Origin: Nitrospirota bacterium | Lineage (GTDB): Bacteria > Nitrospirota > UBA9217 | Direction of reading: 5' to 3' | Assembly (NCBI GenBank): GCA_963840455.1 | Contig: CAWIYV010000004.1 | Location: forward strand, 32,001 to 96,000 | DNA length: 64,000 nucleotides | Shown here: positions 48,834-57,722 of the stretch, piece after piece | Layout of the letters: each line of letters opens with the position of its first letter | How positions within the stretch are numbered: the first letter of the stretch is position 1 | Notes under the pieces: generated by a model | What the model saw: only the letters and a program-made list of their open reading frames with translations | Databases searched by the model: none | Told to the model about the DNA's origin: nothing | Program-made: the position numbers and the translations under genes

Positions 48834-50238
48834 TGTGTTTGCCAGCTCCTTTCCAGATCGGCAGTTCTATCGTAAAGGTGGTGCCGACACCCACCTTGCT
48901 CTCCACCCGGATCTCGCCCCGGTGGTTCTTGATGATGCCATAGCTCACCGAGAGGCCGAGCCCGGTGCCCCCCTCCCCCTTGGTGCTGAAGAAGGGATCA
49001 AAGATATGCGGCAGAAACTCCGGCGATATGCCCTTGCCCGTGTCCATGACCGTGATCTCCACGGTGTCGCCCTGTCTTCCGGTCCTTGTTCCGATGTAGA
49101 GCTTCTCGCCGGATTTCATTGCCTGGACGGCGTTCGTGATGAGGTTCACGAAGACCTGTTGCATCTGGTGCTCGTCCGCGAACACATGGGGTATCCCCTC
49201 GGCGAGATGCAGTTTCGTCTCGATGTTCGCCACATCGATCATGTTCTGCACGAGCGTCAACGTCCTCTGGATGACCGCGTTGATGTCTGCCTCGCGGGGG
49301 TTCGAATCCTTGGGTTTGGAGAAATCCAGCAGGTTTTTCACGATCTTCTGGATCCGCACCGCCTCTGCCTCGACCTTGCCCATGAACTCGATCCGCTGCT
49401 TTTCGGTCAGCTTGCCGTACAGATCGGCATAGGTCTGTGCGATCATCGAGATGTTGTTCAGGGGATTTGTCAGTTCATGGGCAACGCCCGCCGTCAGAAC
49501 GCCGAGCGATGCGAGCTTCTTGGCCTGGATGAGCTGCTCTTCGCGGTGGCTGAGCTCCTCGGACATGGAATTGATGGCCGTGATGACGGCCCCGAGCTCA
49601 TCTTTTGACTGGAACCCCTCTATCTTGTTGAAGTTCCCCTCAGCGATCGACCTGGTCAGCTTCTCGATCTCACGAAGGGACCGCAGGATCTTCTGCGATA
49701 AGAAGTGCCCCATGAGCAGCGCCGATGCCAGGATCGCCCAGAATGAGAAGATCAGGATCCGCTTCGAGTTCAGGATGATGGTGTTGACGCGCTGCCGCTC
49801 GAGCTGGGTGATGGAGTCCGAAAATTCCTTCAACCGCTTTCCGGCGGCCCGCAGGTCCGTTTCCCGGTCCGCGTCCCACGACCGGGAACGGCGCAGCAAC
49901 ATCACGTGTCCTGCATAGACCTTCAGGTAGGACTCCAGTTTTCGCAGGTCCTGTTCTCCGATGGCTGGCACGATGTTCGGGCGTTCGTCGTCGATGGTCT
50001 TCCGTGCGAGGTCGATCTTCTCCCGGATCTCGTCAAGCGCCTTCTGGTCCCGGTACAGGAAGTAATTCTTCTCCGCGATCCGCATCTCCAGGAACGAAGC
50101 GTTCAGATCATCGGCGATCTCGACGAACCGGAGCTTGGTCAGCACGAGGTTCATGTTCTGAATGGCAAAGAACCCGATCAGGATGATGAACGCACCGTTC
50201 ATGACGTTCGATACTATGAGCTTGTTCTCGATCTTCAT
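48826..50238 (-). CDS. HAMP sensor histidine kinase
   Basis: Two TMs, helical periplasmic domain, AHELTNPL, DTGKG, GTGLGL. Confidence 0.93.
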   Translation of the reverse strand: MKIENKLIVSNVMNGAFIILIGFFAIQNMNLVLTKLRFVEIADDLNASFLEMRIAEKNYFLYRDQKALDEIREKIDLARKTIDDERPNIVPAIGEQDLRKLESYLKVYAGHVMLLRRSRSWDADRETDLRAAGKRLKEFSDSITQLERQRVNTIILNSKRILIFSFWAILASALLMGHFLSQKILRSLREIEKLTRSIAEGNFNKIEGFQSKDELGAVITAINSMSEELSHREEQLIQAKKLASLGVLTAGVAHELTNPLNNISMIAQTYADLYGKLTEKQRIEFMGKVEAEAVRIQKIVKNLLDFSKPKDSNPREADINAVIQRTLTLVQNMIDVANIETKLHLAEGIPHVFADEHQMQQVFVNLITNAVQAMKSGEKLYIGTRTGRQGDTVEITVMDTGKGISPEFLPHIFDPFFSTKGEGGTGLGLSVSYGIIKNHRGEIRVESKVGVGTTFTIELPIWKGAGKHNE

Positions 50239-50253
50239 GGTTCGTGCTCCGCG

Positions 50254-51498
50254 TCACCGGAACGATGCCTGCTCCTCGTCCGGGTAGGCGATACCCCGCG
50301 GGACCTCGGCCTGCTCCTTCCTGACGGGCCAGTACCACCGCATCCCGTCCACGAGCATCAGGATGCCGGCGGCCATGAGCCAGAGATTTATGGAGGTGAG
50401 GAGGCCCAGTCCGAAATACGCCAGGCTGCCGATGCCGATGCCCAGCAGGGACGTCCCGGTGCGGATGAAGGCGAGTCCGGTCCTCGCCCGAGCATACACC
50501 GTGCGATAGCATGCGGCGATCGTCCGCTGCGCCGCCAGTACATTGCGCTCCCGGGCGAACATGGTCCGCGTCCTGCTCGTGGGCGACGGGCCTAAATAGG
50601 TGCTGTAGTCGGCCAGCAGGTCCCCCATCCGCGCGAGCATCGTCCCCTTCGTTTCCCGTCGCACTCCCGTGTCCTCCAGCGTGTGGTAGCTCTCCAGGAA
50701 CTGGATCGTGGCGGCCGTCACTTCCGTGAGCGTCTGGCTGCCCGGCGGCTTCATCCTCGATCTCCGCACCCGCCAGTAGCTCGGGAGGCCTGAGAGGGAA
50801 ATCACGACGCCGATGACCACGAGAGAGAAGTAGTGCAGGGGGCTGGCTGCCATGCTCTTCGATTGCAGCAGCGCGTTCGAAAGCGCGATCGTACCGAGGC
50901 CCCACCGCAGGAAGGCAAGACCGGTCCTGGCCTTGGCAAGGTCGGTCCGGTAACAGGCCATCCGCGTACGCCACTGCGCCATCGTGTTCCGCCAGAATGC
51001 CAGCCCCGTCCGCTCCGTTCCGATCAGGAGCCCCGGCCTGGCATGCAGGAAATCCTGGAGGTACCACTGGATGTCCGCATCGAGGGCGACGCGGAACTCA
51101 TAGCGCCCGTCCCCGAGCTGCTTCCGCACGTCCTCCTGCATCGCCCGGCTTCCCGGGTCCCTCGTTGCGATGACCACGGTCCCGGACGCCTCCTGTATGA
51201 CAGGCATCCACCGGTTCGTCGAAAGCGAGTCCACGCTGACCCTGACCAGCAGCCCGGGAGGGATGGGCAGGCGCTCATCATATTCTATGGAGGGACAGTC
51301 ATAGTACGCTGCAAGCGATTCAAGCAGCTGCGCCTTGGAGATGCCGTATTCCCGCTGCAACACCGATTCGAGCTCGATGCCCCTCGCCTGAGCCGCCTTC
51401 GCAGCCGCCTCCAGCCCCGCGCGGCTGATCATCCCCCGCTCGACGAGCAGTGCGAACTCTTCTTCGCTCTGCGTTGCCTGCGATTGGTCGTTGTGCAT
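50254..51498 (-). CDS. MshEN/T2SSE_N-like domain fused to two DUF202-like membrane units
   Basis: LLVERGMISRAGLE...LESLAAYYDCPSI N-domain; two heptad RxxLAxxR tracts ending RTGLAFxR plus two TMs each. Confidence 0.78.
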   Translation of the reverse strand: MHNDQSQATQSEEEFALLVERGMISRAGLEAAAKAAQARGIELESVLQREYGISKAQLLESLAAYYDCPSIEYDERLPIPPGLLVRVSVDSLSTNRWMPVIQEASGTVVIATRDPGSRAMQEDVRKQLGDGRYEFRVALDADIQWYLQDFLHARPGLLIGTERTGLAFWRNTMAQWRTRMACYRTDLAKARTGLAFLRWGLGTIALSNALLQSKSMAASPLHYFSLVVIGVVISLSGLPSYWRVRRSRMKPPGSQTLTEVTAATIQFLESYHTLEDTGVRRETKGTMLARMGDLLADYSTYLGPSPTSRTRTMFARERNVLAAQRTIAACYRTVYARARTGLAFIRTGTSLLGIGIGSLAYFGLGLLTSINLWLMAAGILMLVDGMRWYWPVRKEQAEVPRGIAYPDEEQASFR

Positions 51499-51502
51499 TA
51501 GG

Positions 51503-53158
51503 TTATGAGTCCTCATGATCGAACAGCACCGTTCCCCATGCACGGTTCGGTTTCCCGTAGTCGGGCACCGTCAGTTCCATTGCCCCATAGCAATAGGGAT
51601 ATTCCTTTCTGATCCGTTCCGCGGGCACGATCCAGCGATAGCCGTCAGCGATCAGGGCAAGACCGGTAACGATCATAACCGCGTTGACCACGCTCCATCC
51701 CGCCGAAGCCGTACCGAAGTACACCAGCAGGCCTGCGCCGACGGACGCGATGCTCATCCCGGTCCTGACAAAGGCCATGCCAGTCCGCGCCACGGCCATG
51801 GCCGTGCGGACCCTCGCCATGACGCCCCGCCGGTCGGCGAGCACGGTCCGTTCCAGTGCAAGCCCCGTGGTGGCCCAGATGCCCGGCAGCTGGTCGCCGC
51901 TGACCGGCGGCCCCGGCCGCTCCTTCCCCGTTCCCGCGCGATTATGCCGGAGCGGGAACACGAGGTCCCAGATGCTCATCTTGTCGATCACTTCCATCAC
52001 CGACCGCAATCCATCCATGCCGGACCTCCGGCCGCCCAAATACCAGAGGAATCCCTCGGCGGACATGAGCGCGCCGATGACGATAAGCGCGACGTCAAGA
52101 AGCGTCCAGGCTCCAGCCGGGAACTGGCGCAGAAGCCCGATGCCGAGGCCGGTAAAGGCAATGCCGGTCCTCGTAAAGGCCAGACCGGTCCTTGCCCGGG
52201 CAAGCTTCGTCCGGTGGCCGGCAAGCGAGGTCCGGTCCTCGGCCATGTCGGTCCGGTCGCTCGCCAGGAACCGCCGCCGCATTACGGGAGACAGGTTCTC
52301 CCATCCGCTCCGGAGCTCCGCCGAACCCGGCACCACTTCCGTCCTGTTGAACCGGGGAGGGCCGTCGCCAAGATCAGCATCGAGCACGCAGGTTCCCCAG
52401 GTGGATTCCGAGCGCGCCGCATCGATAGATTTCCCGGCGATCGCCCGCGCCGGAAGATACCAACGTATCCCATCAACCGCCATAATTAGGCCCGCCGCGA
52501 GGAGCGGTGCTTCGATCGCGGCGTACCAGCCCGATCCCAGCACGCGCAGGAACAGCAGCGCTATCACGATAAAGGAAACACCGGTCCTGATGAAAGCGAG
52601 GCCGGTCCGTCCTTTCGCGTACAGCGTCCGGTAATGCGCATAGGTCGACCGCCGGTAGGCAAGGAGCGTCCGTACGCGCGCGAGCGGCGTCCTACCTGCA
52701 CAGCCGAAGAAGCTGGGGTTCACGTCGAAATTGTGTTCGATGATGCGGATGATATCCCCGGGAAGGGCTATCCGGAAGTCAATCTCTTCCACGCCCAGCG
52801 TCTTCTTGATGTCCTCAGCCACGCGAGGATCGTCGGGACGGTAAGTGATCACCTCCGCTCGCCGCTCCTGGACCGAGAGCGGGAACCACAAACCCTGCTT
52901 CAGATGCTCCATGTCCAGGCGGAAGGTGAGAAAATAGGAAGCGATCACGCTCTCGTCGAATTCCACGAAGGGCAGGTGGTAGCGGCCGGCAAGACAGAAC
53001 AGGACCTCGTGCTTCGGCACCCCTGCTTGCAGAAGCAGCTCTTCCAGCGGCGTTTTCGTCTCCGCCGATATCCGGCCAAGTTCCTCCAACCGGGCCTGTG
53101 TTATGAACTTTCTCGCAACGAGCCGCTTGAAAGGTGCTATGACAGTATTTCGTTCCAT
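51503..53158 (-). CDS. MshEN/T2SSE_N-like domain fused to three DUF202-like membrane units
   Basis: LVARKFITQARLEE...LAGRYHLPFVEF N-domain; three heptad Arg tracts ending RTG(L/M)AFxRTG plus two TMs each. Confidence 0.78.
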   Translation of the reverse strand: MERNTVIAPFKRLVARKFITQARLEELGRISAETKTPLEELLLQAGVPKHEVLFCLAGRYHLPFVEFDESVIASYFLTFRLDMEHLKQGLWFPLSVQERRAEVITYRPDDPRVAEDIKKTLGVEEIDFRIALPGDIIRIIEHNFDVNPSFFGCAGRTPLARVRTLLAYRRSTYAHYRTLYAKGRTGLAFIRTGVSFIVIALLFLRVLGSGWYAAIEAPLLAAGLIMAVDGIRWYLPARAIAGKSIDAARSESTWGTCVLDADLGDGPPRFNRTEVVPGSAELRSGWENLSPVMRRRFLASDRTDMAEDRTSLAGHRTKLARARTGLAFTRTGIAFTGLGIGLLRQFPAGAWTLLDVALIVIGALMSAEGFLWYLGGRRSGMDGLRSVMEVIDKMSIWDLVFPLRHNRAGTGKERPGPPVSGDQLPGIWATTGLALERTVLADRRGVMARVRTAMAVARTGMAFVRTGMSIASVGAGLLVYFGTASAGWSVVNAVMIVTGLALIADGYRWIVPAERIRKEYPYCYGAMELTVPDYGKPNRAWGTVLFDHEDS

Positions 53159-53395
53159 CGTACCTTTGTGCCTCTATCCTTATTCAATATTAGCAAAAAA
53201 CACGGCCGGAAGCATGCTGTGCCTCCGGCCTTCAAGACAGGACGAGATGTTCACCCACCGCACGGAGCTGGATCACGTACCGGACGACGGGACGTATGAA
53301 TCAGTTCGGTTCATCCGCAGCATCCTCAAGCCATCCTCCGGAGCTCTCTTCTCTCCCCAGTATTGTTCCCTTGCCTTATTCGTCTTCCTCCGGGA

Positions 53396-53818
53396 TCACG
53401 CCCCGACCACGAACACCGGGCAGGGAGCCCGGCGGATCACGTTCTCGATCACATGATCGCCGAAGAGCCGGCCGAGCCAGCCTTTCGGTTTTTTCGCACC
53501 GAGGATAATCACGTCGCACCGCTCTTCCGCCGCAACCTCCACGATCTTCTCGGCGGGCGCGCCTTCTTCCAGCCGGGTCCTGATCAGGGCGCCCGCTGCA
53601 TCGGCGGCGCTCCGCGCCCCGGCAAGGGCCTTTTGTGCTTCGCTGTCGAGCACATCATTGAGATTCTTGATGCCCGTCAGATTAAGGTCTCCCTCGTACT
53701 CCGGAATGACCTTGAGCACCGTGACCCAGGTCTTTTCGTCCTGCGCCATCTTGATGCCTTCCTGCACGACATCCGTCGATCCGTTCATGGCGATCAATAC
53801 TTTACGATAGCCTTTCAT
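53396..53818 (-). CDS. Universal stress protein
   Basis: YRKVLIAMNGS, G.PAEKIV, CDVIILG, APCPVFVV. Confidence 0.9.
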   Translation of the reverse strand: MKGYRKVLIAMNGSTDVVQEGIKMAQDEKTWVTVLKVIPEYEGDLNLTGIKNLNDVLDSEAQKALAGARSAADAAGALIRTRLEEGAPAEKIVEVAAEERCDVIILGAKKPKGWLGRLFGDHVIENVIRRAPCPVFVVGA

Positions 53819-53855
53819 AGTTCACTCTCCTTGCGCTCTGATCCCGCTGCGCGGT

Positions 53856-54719
53856 CTACTTCACCACCAGCACCGGGCAGGCCGCGTGGCTGATCACCCG
53901 GTTCGTCGTGCTGCCCATGATCGCCTGGTTCACGCCCTTCCATCCGTAGGTCCCCATGGCGATCAGGTCGTTCTCGAGCTTCTGCGCCGCAGCCACGATC
54001 TCGTCGGACGCATGGCCCTCACGGACCTCCGTCCTGACGCTTATGCCCAGCCCGTCGGCGATCTTCTTCGCCTCGCCGAGGATCTTCTCGGCCTCGGCGT
54101 GGAGGCTTTTCTTGATGCTGTCGCTCCGGTAGAACTCCATCATCTCCTCGTACCGCGGGATCACGTACAGGACCGTGACCTGCCCATTGTCCGCCTTCGC
54201 CATCTCGCCTGCCCGGACCAGCGCTTTCCTGCTGAACTCCGATCCGTCATAGGGCACGAGCAGCGACTGATAGCTCCCCGTGCATTCGCTGCATGGCCGC
54301 TTCACCACCAGCACGTCACAGGGCGCGTTCAGGATAACCTGGGACGTCACGCTGCCCATGAGCAGCCGCTTCAGGCCTTTCCGGCCGTAGGTCCCGAGCG
54401 CGATGAGGTCCGCCTTCTTGCCTTGGGCGATATCAATGAGCACTTCGGGCGGCTCGCCCTCGCAGACGAAGGACTCGACGCTGCCGTTCAGGCCGAACTG
54501 CGCCTGAAGCTCTTGCTTCGCCGTTCTGCAGACATGCGTGCCCATCTCGAAGCGCTTCTCCATCTGCGACGGCAGGATTGCGAACTCCTCCTGGTCAAAG
54601 TAGACCGCATGGACAAGGTAGAGCTTACCGTTCAGGTTCTTGACCCGAAGGGATGCCTCCTTGAGCGCCGCTTTGCTCGACTCCGACTCGTCATATCCCA
54701 CTACGATCGTGCTGTACAT
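53856..54719 (-). CDS. Tandem-domain universal stress protein
   Basis: Two USP domains (GTYGRKGLKRLLMGSV; GTYGWKGVNQAIMGST). Confidence 0.92.
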   Translation of the reverse strand: MYSTIVVGYDESESSKAALKEASLRVKNLNGKLYLVHAVYFDQEEFAILPSQMEKRFEMGTHVCRTAKQELQAQFGLNGSVESFVCEGEPPEVLIDIAQGKKADLIALGTYGRKGLKRLLMGSVTSQVILNAPCDVLVVKRPCSECTGSYQSLLVPYDGSEFSRKALVRAGEMAKADNGQVTVLYVIPRYEEMMEFYRSDSIKKSLHAEAEKILGEAKKIADGLGISVRTEVREGHASDEIVAAAQKLENDLIAMGTYGWKGVNQAIMGSTTNRVISHAACPVLVVK

Positions 54720-55519
54720 TAGTGTGAACCTCCGCCCTTCCGGAAGACCATGCCCACGCCGAATCCGGCGCTCAAGGCAATTCCGATGGAAAGGAATCCG
54801 TAAAGTGCCGCGCTGTCCTTCGCCATGCCCGCAAGCGTCTTGACCATGCCCACCTGCTCGACCTTCACATGCGATTCCGCCTGTTCAACCACTTTGCCGC
54901 CCTTGATCGCGTACACGGACACCGTGTAATCGCCCGGCGCCGCCTGGTAGGGCCACTGGGTCTGGATGAAGTATTCCTGGTGCCCGTCCGGCAGGTCCTT
55001 CATCTCGATCTTCCCGAAATCGGTCTTGTAAAGGTTCGATGCTTCCTTGAACTTCACGAACTCTCCGAACCACTGTGTCTTCTCTGCCGCATTTGCCATG
55101 GGGCTGATCTCCACATGGTCAGCCAGCGCCGCGTAGCCTAGCGTATGCTTTTTCTGCTCATCGGCGGTCAGGATATCATCGACCTTCTTTGTGCTGAACA
55201 GTTCGTACATGTTCGGCGTGTTCTCGAACTTCAGCGTGCCTACGTTCATCCAAAGCACGCCGGCAACCTTGCCCTTCTGCTTCATGACCTGGTGCCCCTC
55301 GGGGGAGGTGATCTTGATCACCAGGTCCCTGCCTGCGTCGGAGATCCCCTTCACGCCCACCGTGCTGCCGTGGTAGAAAAAGTCGATGGTGATGTGGTCA
55401 TGGTTCGCCTTCGCCGTCAGCATGGCATGCGCCGTGCCTGAGAATCCTACGACCATGACTGCAACCAGCGCGACGATTATGGCCTTTCCGCAATCCGCGA
55501 TCCGCGATCCGCAATTCAT
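54719..55519 (-). CDS. TIGR02186-family exported protein with C-terminal TM anchor
   Basis: KGKVAGVLWMN motif, C-terminal TM ending KGGGSH; directly follows a TauE gene as is typical for the family. Confidence 0.8.
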   Translation of the reverse strand: MNCGSRIADCGKAIIVALVAVMVVGFSGTAHAMLTAKANHDHITIDFFYHGSTVGVKGISDAGRDLVIKITSPEGHQVMKQKGKVAGVLWMNVGTLKFENTPNMYELFSTKKVDDILTADEQKKHTLGYAALADHVEISPMANAAEKTQWFGEFVKFKEASNLYKTDFGKIEMKDLPDGHQEYFIQTQWPYQAAPGDYTVSVYAIKGGKVVEQAESHVKVEQVGMVKTLAGMAKDSAALYGFLSIGIALSAGFGVGMVFRKGGGSH

Positions 55520-55521
55520 TA

Positions 55522-56448
55522 TTAATGTCCTCCCGCCTGTGAGATGAGCAGCGACGGCGTCAGCGTCAGGTCGAACACGATCTTGACGGTCACGATCAGC
55601 ACGATCGTAGCGAGCAGGACCTTGAGCTGCTCACCCTTGAGCTTCCTGCCGAAGACCGTGCCGATCTGGGCGCCCACCGTGGAACCGACCAGCAGCAGCA
55701 CGGCCAACAGGAAGTCCACGCTGTGGTTCGTAGTGGCCTGCAGAAAGGTGACCTCGATGCAGGTGAACAGTATCTGGAACAGGCTCGTCCCGACCACGAC
55801 GTGCATCGGCATCCGGAGCATGTACACCATCACCGGCACCATGAGGAAGCCTCCTCCCACACCCATGATCGCGGCGAGTACGCCGACGAAGCCTCCGAGC
55901 ACGATGGGAACCAGGGCCGAGTGGGTCACGCCGGACTTCTCGAACCGCGTCTGGAGCGGCAGCGACTTGAGGAAGCGCCCGACTGCGGAGTCCTTCTCCT
56001 CCTGCGCTTCGACGATGGTCTCTTCCTTCTTCTTGCGCATGCTCTGGATGCTTTCGATGAACATGTAGACGCCCACGATACCGAGCATCAGCACGTAGGT
56101 CATCTTGATCACGAAGTCCGCGTTTCCCATGGCGTGCAGCAGTTTGATCGCCTGCACACCAACCAGGCCGCCCAGAAATCCGCCGATGAGAAGGTAGATC
56201 CCCATCTTGAAGTCCACATTTCCCACCTTCCAATGGGCATAGGTGCCCGAGGTCGAGGCCGCGACGATCTGGTTCGAATCCGTTGCCGCGGCAACGGTCG
56301 AGGGGATGCCGAACATGATGAGCAGCGGGGTCAGCAGAAAGCCGCCGCCCACGCCGAAGAGGCCGGACAAGAGCCCCACGGCCAGACCGAGGCCGACGGG
56401 AATCAGGATATTGATGCTGGTGAGTGCTACGGGTAGATACAGGTACAT
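55522..56448 (-). CDS. TauE/SafE family (sulfite exporter-like) permease
   Basis: GLFGVGGGFLLTP, GVGGGFLMVP, VVGTSLFQ. Confidence 0.92.
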   Translation of the reverse strand: MYLYLPVALTSINILIPVGLGLAVGLLSGLFGVGGGFLLTPLLIMFGIPSTVAAATDSNQIVAASTSGTYAHWKVGNVDFKMGIYLLIGGFLGGLVGVQAIKLLHAMGNADFVIKMTYVLMLGIVGVYMFIESIQSMRKKKEETIVEAQEEKDSAVGRFLKSLPLQTRFEKSGVTHSALVPIVLGGFVGVLAAIMGVGGGFLMVPVMVYMLRMPMHVVVGTSLFQILFTCIEVTFLQATTNHSVDFLLAVLLLVGSTVGAQIGTVFGRKLKGEQLKVLLATIVLIVTVKIVFDLTLTPSLLISQAGGH

Positions 56449-56483
56449 CGTGATGACTCCTTTTTAAAAGAGATTTTAATTCT

Positions 56484-56560
56484 CGCAAAGGCGCAAAGGC
56501 CGCCACGAAGACCAGTCCTTGGTTCTTTTGTTCCTGGACCTTTGCGTGCTTAGCGTCTCG
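56484..56560. repeat. CGCAAAG-type inverted-repeat element (degenerate)
   Basis: CGCAAAGG CGCAAAG ... CTTTGCGTG CTTAGCG. Confidence 0.5.
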
Positions 56561-56610
56561 CTTAGAGGCGCCTACTTCTGGTGGCAAGAGAAAGAGAGAA
56601 AATTTGTTAC

Positions 56611-57165
56611 TTAATACCCCGCTGACGGCACATACCGGAGCGGAGCGCCTTTCCGCACCCGCTCTTCCCGGGCGGCCTGGACCGACTGCCTGGTCATGGT
56701 AACGATCGGCCGCGACGCTGTCCGGACCAGCCGGTTCAGCTCCCTGGTGGTCAGGACCTCGCCCTCGGTCACTGCGGGGCTCAGAACCACCTTGTCGACC
56801 ACCGTGTTGCCCTTGAGAAAGGACCGGATGCCGGAGACAACGTCGTTGTCCGTGTGCTGAACATCCAGGTGAACGCCCGCCTTGCTGGATGCCACGATCA
56901 TCTCGGTGATCTTCCCGTCCATGCCCGCCGGGAGGACGCTCTCCTTGCCACTCACGATCCGGCGAGCGCTCTCATGCTCCCCTTCCTCGGCAAAGCTCAC
57001 GCCCGCCATGAGGTCTTGGAAGCGCTCATTCAGGGAGTCCTTCTTCCGGACCAGCAGGACAACGATGTCCTCGAGCATCGCCTTCGCCAGCTCGATGGTA
57101 TAGGATATGCCCTCGTCGATATGATCGTCCTGGTACGTGACAAATAACAACTGCCGCTTGTTCAT
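56611..57165 (-). CDS. Hypothetical protein, first gene of the sigma54 operon (weakly USP-like)
   Basis: SD AAGGAGGAG before ATG 57165; coding-like composition. Confidence 0.75.
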   Translation of the reverse strand: MNKRQLLFVTYQDDHIDEGISYTIELAKAMLEDIVVLLVRKKDSLNERFQDLMAGVSFAEEGEHESARRIVSGKESVLPAGMDGKITEMIVASSKAGVHLDVQHTDNDVVSGIRSFLKGNTVVDKVVLSPAVTEGEVLTTRELNRLVRTASRPIVTMTRQSVQAAREERVRKGAPLRYVPSAGY

Positions 57166-57197
57166 ATACTCCTCCTTGCTTGTTTGGTATCTATAGA

Positions 57198-57212
57198 GCA
57201 AGTGGGGTGCCA
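57198..57212 (-). promoter_or_regulatory. Sigma54 (-24/-12) promoter
   Basis: TGGCACCCCACTTGC consensus match. Confidence 0.85.
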
Positions 57213-57217
57213 GAAGC

Positions 57218-57435
57218 TAAGTTGTTGATTTCCATGGTTTCATATGCAGGTACAGAGCAGGATTATGTTTCAGTTCTGAACGGCTGTGAACGGTGCGCGA
57301 GGAGTTCGGATAAGCGCGGCACGCCAAAAGAACGATCCTAGCCGCTATTCATGCGGAAGATATGAGGCGCTAACTGATGGGAAATGAAAGAATAAGGAAA
57401 GAAATGGATACCGGGAGGTGTTTCAAGATGGAACA
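57218..57435. promoter_or_regulatory. IHF site and two putative enhancer (bEBP) binding palindromes
   Basis: AATCAACAACTTA (57218-57230, fits WATCAANNNNTTR); TGTTTCAGTTCTGAAC (57266-57281) and TGTTTCAAGATGGAACA (57419-57435). Confidence 0.55.
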
Positions 57436-57539
57436 ACGACTTTCAGAGAGGTTGCCTGGAGGTCGCATCAGGCTGGAAGAATTAACGAATCAGCAGTATA
57501 TTGCAACCAGGGAGACAAATCCTCGCAAGAGAGGAAACG

Positions 57540-57722
57540 ATGACCGCTGTCGCTGATAAGAAACCTGCCGCCGTCTGTGGGCTCTTTTGCCCTGTCTGCA
57601 CGACTAATATCGAGACCAGTGAGGACTGCACCATGGCGAAATGCGCAGCTGATACCTTCCTGCTATTGCTTCACCCCTATTCCGCACTATCTACGCCGCG
57701 GTCCCTGATTCCCTTGCGATGA
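57540..57722 (+). pseudogene. Internally deleted remnant of a Cys-rich DUF3795-like protein
   Basis: SD GAGG; DKKPAAVCGLFCPVC...ED joined directly to CTMAKCAAD. Confidence 0.5.
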
